DNA of 64,000 nucleotides. It comes from Balanoglossus misakiensis. Lineage: Eukaryota > Animalia > Hemichordata. Below, in pieces: positions 1-10,801 of this stretch. The stretch lies in the NCBI GenBank assembly GCA_040954595.2, contig CM082590.2:1240001-1304000 (forward strand), read 5' to 3'. The translations under genes were made by a program, and so were the position numbers. A model generated the notes under the pieces. The model worked only from the letters and a program-made list of their open reading frames with translations, made no database searches and was not told the origin of the DNA. Numbering within the stretch: position 1 is the first letter of the stretch; each line of letters starts with the position of its first letter.

Positions 1-137
1 ACCATAAAACCATAAATCAATTAACTTTACTAGAAGTATCCAATATCAAATGTCCAAATTACATGTCAGAAGCTTTGAACATTTTAGTTTAGTTTATTTT
101 GTATATATTTCACATCGAATATAATTACAGTATATTT

Positions 138-1277
138 GGGTCCCATTGGTATGTACCATGGGACCTTATGGGATCGGTTGCGTCTGTATGTATGTATGGA
201 TGTATGTATGTATGGATGGATGTATGTCTGTATGTCCGTCCACATCAAAAACTTGAAAACCGCTGCGTGTATCATTTTGATATTTGGTGTGCTGATGCAG
301 GCTGGGCTGTAGATGGGAGTTTGTTCAAATGAAGTTGTCAATGCCAAAAATATGCAAATTAGTTGGAAAAATGTGAATTTGGTCAAAACTCAGTAACTCA
401 AGAACTACTGGTCAGATTGCTTTGCAAAGTGGTGTGTATTTACTTTATTGAGTTGTTTTAATTGGGCAGAAACTCCCTCCTGTTATTCACATAAACACAG
501 CAAATTCCTGAATGATTACATAACTGGCTAAGTTTTAAAGAGGCCAGCTGTTCTATTTAGTGTATGTACAGTACATATGAAATTGGCAGCTTATGGGTCA
601 GTCAGTGTTTGCCCATTGAGCAAAGTTGAACTTCATTGGAGAAAAGAAGAACCACTCCCGTCGGTCTTAATTTGCATTTTAACACTTTATTTTGCATTTC
701 AATACTTGATTTAAATATGAGAAAAGCCTAACAGTTTTGTCTCACTGTAGTTAAAGTTTTGGACCTAGAAATATAAATAGTTTGTGTCCATGAGTTTGTA
801 TTGGGGATGTGTTAGCGCTCTGGGCACCGTACTCCTCACGGGATCTGTTAACGCAGGTCAGCGAAACATGCTCCCCAAGCTTTTGTATCGCCTTCTTTTG
901 CTGTGATTTGAGAGCTATACAGTTCATCTTGGCATTCATCGTCCCATCAGACGATATTAGATTGCTGTTGGGTCCCATTGGTATGCACCATGGGACCTTA
1001 TGGGATCGTTGCGCCTGTATGTATGGATGGATGGATGGATGGATGTCTGTATGTCCGATTACATAACTGGCTAAGTTTTAAAGAGGCCAGCTGTTCTATT
1101 TAGTGTATGTACAGTACATATGCCATTGGCAGCTTATGGGTCAGTCAGTGTTTGCCCATTGATCTCTCGCTATATGTGTGTGTCTGTCTGTCTGTCTGTA
1201 TATGGCCATGTACTCCGGTGTAGACTTTTTCTTGTGTAATCACTCAATGGGACCACCGTGTCCTTGACGCGATTTTT
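138..1277 (+). mobile_element. Non-autonomous Helentron-like (HINE/DINE-1-type) element, copy 1
   Basis: 5' GGTCCCATTG with nearby inverted CATGGGACC, then a (GTAT/GGAT)n microsatellite. The 3' end has CAATGGGACC, a CGTGTC-CTT-GACGCG stem-loop and TTTTT. The empty site at 29277-29280 has no TSD (insertion in a T run). Confidence 0.8.
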
Positions 1278-1826
1278 AATTAATTTATACAACTATTTAA
1301 AGCTAAAAGTATACATATTTTTCCCAGTTAACTTCGGTATTAAAATGTATTGAAAAAATTTCGGTCCGATGCTCTTTTGTTTGCCAGATCCGAGCTGGCC
1401 GTGACCTGTGACGCGGTGGCTGATGGGTAAACTCGTTGTATTTCAGTATGGCATTCTCCGGGTAAACGCGGAAGTCCAACAAAGCTTCAGAAAACGAGCG
1501 TTTTTTGTCGTTATGATAGCTGGTCAAAGTTGATCGCCTCATTTCTGGGGTCGCTTAGAGGTAGAGGTAAGCTGGGAAAGGATTTTTCCCTCGATAAATT
1601 CGAATTTCCGAAAAACAGCTGCGGTACGGATCCGGAGCGCAGAAGCACCAGTTTTTTCTATGTCGCCTTGCAGGGCTGTGGGTGGAGGCCATGTAACGCC
1701 GGGAACACACAGACCTGTACGCAGGGTGTGAGATTCTTTTAGTCCCTCCACACAGGATATATCAAAGTAAGCTTAAGTTTATAGTATACAAGCGTTCACT
1801 GTTCAGAGTTCACTTTATATGCTTAG

Positions 1827-2530
1827 TCACTTGGCGGTTTTCTGAATATTTTTCTCTTCCGTTTGAGATACTTTGGCCGGGTAATGTAACAAAGTTGGAT
1901 ACACATCGGCAGCCCTCTCTCCAGTTACCAGTAGACCATCATGACTAGCACATATACAGTTGGCAGGATATGATTCTGGTTTCCTTCGGGTATGTTGTAT
2001 TCCAAAGCTGAGCCACATGTATAGTCTAAATCTTCCAAGGCAGTTACCAGGTTTAGCAATTCATTTGCTTTCAATTTCTTTGCACTGTGCAAAACTCTTG
2101 GTCTGTCACATTCTCCACACTTGACAGTACACCTGACTCTACCAGCTGTCTGTGCACTGGGACTGAATGGTACACCATGGCTTTCATTCTTCTGCTTTTC
2201 AAGAGAAGGTCGTTGGCTTTCATTGGTGAGTGTTCCATACACTTCAGCAAATGGCTTGTAGTGGTCTTTGTCATCAGCCAACATTGGGTCAGGAAAGAAG
2301 TGTAACTCTTCAAACTTCTCTGCAGGAAGTCTGGGTGGTTTGTGAAATCTGCATACCAAGTTGCTACACTTTTTTTACACTGAATGAATAATTCCTGCTC
2401 TGACAGTGATCTTCATAGAACTTGGCTAGGTTTTCTGATTTCTGCGCTTCTTTCTTTGTTACCTTTATGTGTACAGCCGGGTCTATTTGATGAAGGCTGT
2501 TCTCTAGATCCTGGATTTCCTGGCTGTCAT
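1827..2530 (-). pseudogene. C-terminal fragment of a Zator-like DNA transposase (further copies ~11351-12053, ~17781-18483, ~30332-31046)
   Basis: Reads ..FYEDHCQSRNYSFSVKKC..CRFHKPPRL..FFPDP..DHYKPFAEVYGT..RPSL..CGECDRPRVL..YTCG..YP(TCELC)..KRKRK, a Cys-rich tail I recognise from this transposase group. The DDE core is absent and frameshifts are present. Confidence 0.6.
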
Positions 2531-2856
2531 ATACGGGCGACCGTAATTACTACTAAATATTCCAGAAACATATGATAGATACTAGCTTGTGAGTGATATG
2601 ATAGACTGTACGCTTACTTACCATCAACGGATTCTCCACCATCTTCAAATCGATGCCTTATTTGTCTATGTGATGCCTCCAACAGTCTGCCAAATTCATC
2701 ATACTTTTTGCACACTTCCGAACATTCTGGAATAACAAGGCATCATGAACCACACTGTAAAACTGCTTATGCAATACAGTGCTTTCTCACACTCTTGGCC
2801 GCTGAGAGTGTGGGATAGAAAGTGTGGGATCAGATCTATCCCACACTCTGTGTTAA

Positions 2857-3296
2857 ACCCCGGTGCGGGGTATAAAAGACCCCCCAAATCAGTGGCGAAT
2901 CTTAATGCCGTTTGACTGACAACAGACAACACCAACGATCTTGGCTCTATGAAAATCGGCCCAAACAGGTCCAAGCATAAAGAATTACACCACACGACGA
3001 CAGTAGTTGGCTTTATAAGCACACACAACATAAAGTAATCGACGAAAGAGTACACGAGCTTTTGAAACAACGATGATTTTGGGAGAAATCTGGTTTCAGT
3101 GCTTTTCAGAAGCGTCCCTGGGAAACAATAACCACGCCATTCAAACAGCTGTCAATCGCGTAGAGGTGTAAAGTGTTCAATTATTTTCTATGTACATGAG
3201 ATCAATTACACAGTCATTATGCACGACGACCACTCCCAAATAAACAACTATACAAACACACGTTAATCCGAACCCCGGTACTTTCCACACCGGGGT
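2857..3296. mobile_element. 440-bp MITE with TTAA TSD (second copy 31373-31812)
   Basis: TTAA|ACCCCGGTG...CACCGGGGT|TTAA at both loci. Confidence 0.7.
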
Positions 3297-3873
3297 TTAA
3301 TGCGCACACAGACAACTGTTATCTAGCACCAATCTGATTAAAATCAGATGTAGGGAACGGCGACTTGGGTTTTTTATGCTGTCGCCTCACACTACATCTG
3401 ACCAACTCTCACTGAAGCTCCCTTGAAATCTCGCATTCGGACCCGGCCAATTAGTTGGCGTGTTACGCCGACCAAAGAATTCCACTGGGAGATGGGATAA
3501 ATTTTTTTGTTGACTTCAAGTACCGCGCAGAATACGACAGATTGGCTTTCTCTTGTGAACAATTACATGTAATCCCATGATATCTTTCTTTGTTTGGCGT
3601 CATCGTATGCGAGTGGTTTTCGCAGAGCAGTGCAACGTCGAGCTGTGGCCATATACAAATGATGAACTGTCGCTGATCATTCATAAACTCTCCTAACAAG
3701 TCGTCATGTTCACCGTCGTAGTCATGCTGCCAGTCGGGAAAATGACGTACACTGTACTTCATGTAAAAGTTTATAAAAAAGTAAACAAATTTCACTGCCA
3801 TGTATTCCAAAACCATTAATAATGAGACAGGATTTTAAAATAACGCTAACTTCGGCTATGGAAGGTCAAGTCA

Positions 3874-4124
3874 CAGCACTGCGTACAGGTCTATGTGTTC
3901 CAGCATAGCCGAATTCGTCCCCTGCAAGGCCCCATAGACAAAACTGGTGCGTCTGCGGTCGAGGTCCGGACCCGGACGCAGCTTTTTCGGTCGAAATTCG
4001 ATTTATCGAAGCAAAATCCTTTCCCTGTCTACTTCTACCTCCTAACCGACTCCAAATATGATGCGATTAACTTCTTCTAACGTTCGTGTAACGCCGGGAA
4101 AACACAGACCTGTACGCATAGCTA
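3874..4124. mobile_element. ~250-bp AcademH-like MITE with 9-bp TSD (copies 32392-32643 and inverted at ~33134-33384; 5'-truncated copies in units 2 and 3)
   Basis: GTCAAGTCA flanks both sides (3865-3873, 4125-4133). TIR is (C/T)AGC.CTGCGTACAGGTCT.TGT. YR termini with a 9-bp TSD match AcademH. Confidence 0.7.
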
Positions 4125-4800
4125 GTCAAGTCAGGGTTAATTGTAAACAATGATCTTCCGAACTCAACAGTAGCAAATGCCATAATAGATACGTACCAGC
4201 ACTTGTCAAGTGGTTGCGAACCAGAAATAATCTCTTTGGTGTTGGGTTCATTCTGTTTTCCACTTCTCGACGATCTGGTCCGCAGCGTATACGCTTCATC
4301 CATTGTGTGCAGTATGGTTAAAGGTCACTGCGTGCTGTGTCAGTGACTATTGCGCCACCAAGCGGATGACACTGTATAGTCTCGGTTTATACCCAGACCC
4401 CTCTGCTTCCTTCGTTGGACACTCCAGAAAGAGGAGTAATTGACAAAAGATAAGGTTTGTGGAACGAATCGGTGCGCCAAAATGAGCCGTCTCGTATCAA
4501 CTGAAGACGCTAATTCATGTTGGGGTTTATAATATAAGTGGAGTAATTAGCACGTGGATACATTATGATGCGATGCCAAACGCCAGTCCATGGAAGTCTC
4601 AAATTGTATATTTCTTGGCAGCGTGGCTCACTTTTCACACATGCCATTCATACATGCCATTTGCGGCAGTAATCGGACAAAAATTCATTTTGCAGCAGAA
4701 TTCATTTTATCGCCGGCTGAGTTGTAAAGTATTAATGTTATGTATGGTTCAATTGGAGAGTAAAGCGAATTTGGTAATGTTAGGCGTTACGATATATTGA

Positions 4801-6819
4801 CTTACAAAAATGCCAACAAAGCAGCAGCTCTGCAGCAGCCTTCAGCAGCTCTGCAGCAGTTCTGCTGTGAAGGCATTGTGGTGCTCTTGCAGACACGCTG
4901 TGGTGTTCTCGCGAAGAGTGTCTCTGCAGCAGAGGCAATGCGGCAGGTCGCAACTAAATGTGGCTCTACAGTAGAGGTGGTAATCCTTGCAATAAGTACA
5001 CAAGAGCTTGCCGCAACGTAGCCGCAAAGATGCAAGGCTTTTCTCTATGCAGAAATGATGCAAGAGTAATTCTCAAAGTACAAATCTATGCAGCAGGGAC
5101 ACAAGAATTGACCTTTTTATGATCTCCAACTTTGGTTGACCCTAATTGATATCAGGTGATGTGAAACAAAGCTAGTAATTGGCCAAAGTCATTTTGCCGC
5201 CATTTTCTAAACTTGCAAGCTTCAAACCACAAGTGTCTCCAGCTAGCTGCCAGATCATGAGTATGTTCAGGTGGACTGTCTTTCATTTAATGCTTTTGGA
5301 TGTACCAGATGCCAACACGGAGGTACAGCAGAAGACACTGATCATTCAAGTGTACATCTGAAATATTTTACAGAACTTGGAAAGGGAAGACAGCTAGATG
5401 ATAGATCCCAAGTTTCTTCAAGTTCAAGCTAGGCAGGCATTACATTTTTTATAAATTGATTGTTTGACACATTTTTCACTGGATTTATTCGTAACTTGTT
5501 ATTTGAGTAAAGTAGTGATGTTGATGATCGATGTTGAGATATTTTTATGGCTGAACTTATTCAGGAATTTACGGGCAGGGCTGGGTTTGGTTGATGATGC
5601 CGATTGGTGTTGGTTGGCCCTGTCCGACGATATCAGCGTCCGGCAGCATCTGTTGCCGGCCACCGTACGTGAACCATAGACAAAAGTGTACGTCGCAAGT
5701 TTCTGTTCAATGAGTTTACGAATATTTTGTGAACAAAACTTGACTAGCCAGTGTCATATCGTAATAGTAGTAAGCAAATTTAATATTATTAGGAGGTCTG
5801 TGTTTTTATAAACATCCGATCTCATTGGGGTAGTACAAAATCAAAAGTTTGCCATGAATACTCCCGTTGTTGACGTTGAATCCAGGGGGGGGGGGCGACT
5901 CGATCACACAAAAAAATCAAATGCGTTATTGGCAGATCTTGCTATCTAACACAAATACAAATACAATGAATCAATGCTAAAATCAACTGTTGATAAAATA
6001 AAAGGCTCGACAGTCTGTCTCAAAAAGATGGTATGCATACCAAACTGTTTCCTGTACACTGCATGCTTACTGTTCTTTGCGTCCGTGTTATCCAAGCAAG
6101 CGAGAAAAAGAAACATCTTGTTCATTTGTAAGCCCTTCTTCAATAAATTGAATGTGTCCGTGTTCAGTTAACACAGCCAAAAACTCATAAAAACTTCCAT
6201 TCCCCCCCCCCCTGACTTCAATAAATACGATTGAATCACACTGTTATGCCGCCATGTTGTTAGTATTCCCTAACTTTACATAAAATGATCACAACTTTGA
6301 CCCCTTAGAAATTTTTGTTTCTGCATTACGGCTGTTTTTGTCCTGAACTAAATTTTGCTGTTCTATGTGAAATACTCCATGATAGTGATGTAAAATATAA
6401 TCTCTTATAATTATATATTAATCAAGTGCGTACATGTATGTGTATGCCATGCATACATAAATGTCTGTATGCATTTTTCAGCATCAGTGCAACTGGATGC
6501 GGCAAGGATGCGGCAGTCTCTGCGGCAGCTCTGCAGAATCACCTAATTTGCATGCGAAAAAACGGCTCTGCCGCATCTCCACTGCTGGAGAGCTGCAGCA
6601 AACCTATTGCAGAGCTGTCAGTGCGGCAGGGCTGCAGCATTTCTGTAGCGTATGTACTGGCTGCGGCAAGGATGCGGCAGTCTCTGCCGCAGCTCTGCAG
6701 AATCACCTAATTTGCATGCGAAAAAACGGCTCTGCTGCGTCTACCTGCTGTAGAGCTGCAGCAAACCTGCTGTAGAGCTGCTGCAATATATCGCGACAAG
6801 GCCTATATTTTCATAAGGG
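4801..6819. mobile_element. ~2.0-kb non-autonomous DNA transposon, present only in unit 1
   Basis: Units 2 and 3 read GATATATTGACTTCCGAG uninterrupted. Right end ATTTTCATAAGGG is an imperfect inverse of left CTTACAAAAAT. Subterminal GCAGCAGCTCTRCAGCAG repeats are inverted between the two ends. TTGA(CTT) is duplicated at the junctions. Confidence 0.8.
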
Positions 6820-7039
6820 TTGACTTCCGAGTCGATTTTTTCCGACTGATGATTAAATAATGCAACAGCCACTGCACGTCATGATGGATCCCCGAAAGGA
6901 TCCCGATTCTTCGCTCAGATTTAAAAAAAAGAAAAACTGAATGTCTGTTAGAATATGTCATTGATATGTAACCGTTTATTCAAATTATAGATAGTATAGA
7001 TAGAGTTACAGATTATATAGTGTGACAAAAGATTTCTTA

Positions 7040-9431
7040 TAATTTCAGACGTCGTATCATGACTTGTCCCTGAATCCTCTGCATCTGTGTTTTCTGTGAA
7101 ATGTAAACGTCGTGCAGCCCTTGATGTTGAATGTTCATTGGCCTATAAGAAAATATTGGAATTACAATATCATACTACATTCAAACCCTGGCAATAGAGG
7201 AACAACAGGCCAGGAAAGCATGACAGCAGTGAAAATAGAATTAATGCAAATCTGAGAAATACAGACCATAGTCAATGTCAATTGTTAATTTATCCCTTGA
7301 CATATCAGATTGGTTATATTTTATCCTCTTATTTTAAATGTTATTTTTCCTTGTGTAATGTTCAAGTGGCAAACTTTTAAGAGATTATTTTTAGTATTAA
7401 TTTCATTGTTGTTAAAAGAGGTTAACTTACGGTTGAACTGTTATCAGCCTCTATTTCATTTTTCCACTGTAGTATTTTCGTGTCATGAGATTTCTTTATT
7501 GAGTCTACCAGGGACCTAGTGGATGTCTTCGAAAGGCAGATACCAAGCTTGTTGAAGCACTGGAAAAGCTGGATTGTAATAAATAATATTGTATAGAATT
7601 ACATAAATTTATCACAGCATAGAGGCATTTCATACAGGATTTGTTATAGGCTCATGTTTAACTGCTGATTTAGACATTGTATTTTAAGTGCTACATGCTT
7701 TCATATTTTTTAAGGAAGAACTTGTCAGATAATTTTTTAACCCTTGTACATGTACATCCAGACAAAAAAATCAATCGCATTTACTGTCCAGGTAGCAAAT
7801 TAAGCAAATGTCAATAAAAACATATCAGTATATTCCTGCAAAACCAAGACTGATGCTAAAAATGATTATTTTCATAACATCCAGTACATAAAATTCATAT
7901 TTACTCACTTTATCACTACATCCATTTTGCTACATCTGCACGGAGTTAACACCGACAAAAAATTTATTTTTTTGTGGTGTTCTTGCATGCAACAATCCCA
8001 TCAGAATGGAAACAAACCTGGCAACAGAGCATGATGAACCACTCCTGTAACAAGGGAACAGATGTGTTGATTAAATATATAGAAGAAATACTGACACAGC
8101 TTCATTCTCAGTCAAAAATATGCATTCATGTATTTTTAGACTACCAATACCTGGGGTTGTACACCTGTCCAATATTGCTGCATAATGTTTTTATTTTAGT
8201 ACAGTAAGCTGGTAAGCTACAGTCAATTGGATTCCCCAGTCACTTTTAGGCATCTCCAGTATGTCATCATAACTATGTGAGTAATAACAAAAAATGATAG
8301 TTCCCTAAATTCAGCAAAAACACTTAATGTAAAAGAAGATTACGTGCTTTGTTTGCCTTGTCACCATGGACGTAATGCAAGCAAATGTTGCAGGAACTTC
8401 CTTCTTTAGTTGATTTATTACATCTCCCCAACTAAAAGAAGACAAATTTTCAATTGTTACAGGCTTGGCAAGTGGTGTTTCTTTTTTTTTTGAGTACTCT
8501 CTCATTTCCTTTTTGATCATATTTGCTGCAACTTTGAGTATGGCATTTCTTGCTGGTTTGCTTTTCTTGACCAGGATGTTAAACGCCTGGAGATATTGGG
8601 ATCTCAGCAGTTTCTTAACGACACTCCCACGGTTGGATATAATCTAATAAGAATAAGAAAATAATGAGGTTTTTAATAAAGCTTGAAAGTTAATGCATCA
8701 GGACAAAACATTCAATGTTTCAAACTCATGTTCAAAACTCAGTGATGAAAAATCTTAAATTCAGAAACTACTGGCTGTCTTTATATTTTTCTCAAAATTT
8801 TTATTCAAATGCAAATATAAGATTGTTTCAAACCAAGTTGATGGGACGATATACAAATGAACACATACAATTTTCTCAACATTTTGGTAAAAATTCTTCA
8901 ATCAGAAGGTAATATTACTGTGACTGTAAAATGTCATAAGTCTTCATCATGGCAGTTAAATAAAATGAGCAAAAAAGTGAAGAAAATGGTCAAATAGTAA
9001 ATTAATAAACTGAATACAGCTAATAATGGTGATTTTTAAAAAGAAATATCTTACCTTGGAAGTAGGTTTCACTATACTTACACCCTTTACTGGTGTACCA
9101 AGTTTCCTTCTCTTTGGTGAAAGACCAATTGGAGACCTGTAACTCTCATCGGGCATTTTTTTGAGAGCAGAGCTTGCTTGCTCCTGCTGTCGGAAAAGGC
9201 GCGGCTAGTCTCATCATAATTTTTGCCTGATGAGTGTAGCTTTGCCAGAACTCTGGCACAGGGCAAACACAAGTATCGTGGTTTTCCTGGCGTAAGGATT
9301 ACATGAAATTCACGTTCAATAACTTCTACGCCCGGTTGGCTGGAGTGGGGCAATTTTGCGTCCACAGATTTTGTTTGTAGAGTTTTTTGTTTGGGGGCAA
9401 ATTTAACACCACAATTAATGCATTCCTCCAT
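7040..9431 (-). pseudogene. Spliced 5' remnant of an Academ-like (DUF6589-type) transposase gene (copies ~13465-15857, ~19895-22275, ~27080-29050)
   Basis: GT-AG exons at ~9431-9055, 8643-8344, 8044-7909, 7568-7431 and from 7142. They give MEECINC..YLCLPC.., ..LSSFSWGDVINQLKKEVPATFACI.. and LFQCFNKLGICLSKTSTRSLVDSIKKSHDTKILQWKNEIE. A TAG-type terminus (rc TAGCCCTGCGTACAG) lies upstream at ~24081 and ~29732. The catalytic part is missing. Confidence 0.55.
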
Positions 9432-9660
9432 GGCTACTGAAAGTGTATAGTGAAGGATGATGGGATTTTGCATGTTAATGACGTTTAATTAGTACTTAAG
9501 AAAGGCAGACAGAGACAGACACTACCATAAAACCATAAATCAATTAACTTTACTAGAAGTATCCAATATCAAATGTCCAAATTACATGTCAGAAGCTTTG
9601 AACATTTTAGTTTAGTTTATTTTGTATTTATTTCACATCGAATATAATTACAGTATATTT

Positions 9661-10801
9661 GGGTCCCATTGGTATGTACCATGGGACCTTATGGGATCGG
9701 TTGCGTCTGTATGTATGTATGTATGGATGTATGTATGGATGGATGGATGTATGTCTGTATGTCCGTCCACATCAAAAACTTGAAAACCGCTGCGTGTATC
9801 ACCTTGATATTTCGTGTGCTGATGCAGGCTGGGCTGTAGATGGGAGTTTGTTCAAATGAAGTTGTCATTGCCAAAAATATGCAAATTAGTTGGAAAAATG
9901 TGAATTTGGTCAAAACTCAGTAACTCAAGAACTACTGGTCAGATTGCTTTGCAAAGTGGTGTGTATTTACTTTATTGAGTTGTTTTAATTAGGCAGAAAC
10001 TCCCTCCTGTTATTCACATAAACACAGCAAATTCCTGAATGATTACATAACTGGCTAAGTTAAAAGAGGCCAGCTGTTCTATTTAGTGTATGTACAGTAC
10101 ATATGAAATTGGCAGCTTATGGGTCAGTCAGTGTTTGCCCATTGAGCAAAGTTGAACTTCATTGGAGAAAAGAAGAACCACGCCCGTCGGTCTTAATTTG
10201 CATTTTAACACTTTATTTTGCATTTCAATACTTGATTTAAATATGAGAAAAGCCTAACAGTTTTGTCTCACTGTAGTTAAAGTTTTGGGACTAGAAATAT
10301 AAATAGTTTGTGTCCATGAGTTTGTATTGGGGATGTGTTAGCACTCTGGGCACCGTACTCCTCACGGGATCTGTTAACGCAGGTCAGCGCAACACACCCC
10401 AAGGTTTTGTATCGTCTTCTTTTGCTGTGATTTGAGAGCTATACAGTTCATCTTGGCATTCATCGTCCCATCAGACGATATTAGATTGTTGTTGGGTCCC
10501 ATTGGTATGCACCATGGGACCTTATGGGATCGTTGCGCCTGTATGTATGGATGGATGGATGGATGGATGTCTGTATGTCCGATTACATAACTGGCTAAGT
10601 TTTAAAGAGGCCAGCTGTTCTATTTAGTGTATGTACAGTACATATGCCATTGGCAGCTTATGGGTCAGTCAGTGTTTGCCCATTGATCTCTCGCTATGTG
10701 TGTGTGTCTGTCTGTCTGTCTGTATATGGCCATGTACTCCGGTGTAGACTTTTTCTTGTGTAATCACTCAATGGGACCACCGTGTCCTTGACGCGATTTT
10801 T
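9661..10801 (+). mobile_element. HINE/DINE-1-like element, copy 2
   Basis: Near-identical to 138-1277 with the same termini. Confidence 0.8.

Noticed and set aside
84-1066. Small ORFs with MYVCMDG/HTYIHP repeats, recurring in each unit
   Set aside because: Microsatellite translation inside the HINE-like element; recurrence reflects DNA duplication, not coding conservation.
4377-4512. Small TAG-terminated Academ-like MITE (TAGTCTCGGTTTATACCCAGAC..GTCTCGTATCAACTGAAGACGCTA)
   Set aside because: The TIR match is loose and there is no TSD; plausible but not supportable as a feature.
4797-6775. Ala/Gln/Cys-rich ORFs (AAALQQ.., CGKDAAVSAAALQ..)
   Set aside because: Translations of the GCAGCAGCTCTGCA subterminal repeats of a non-autonomous element.
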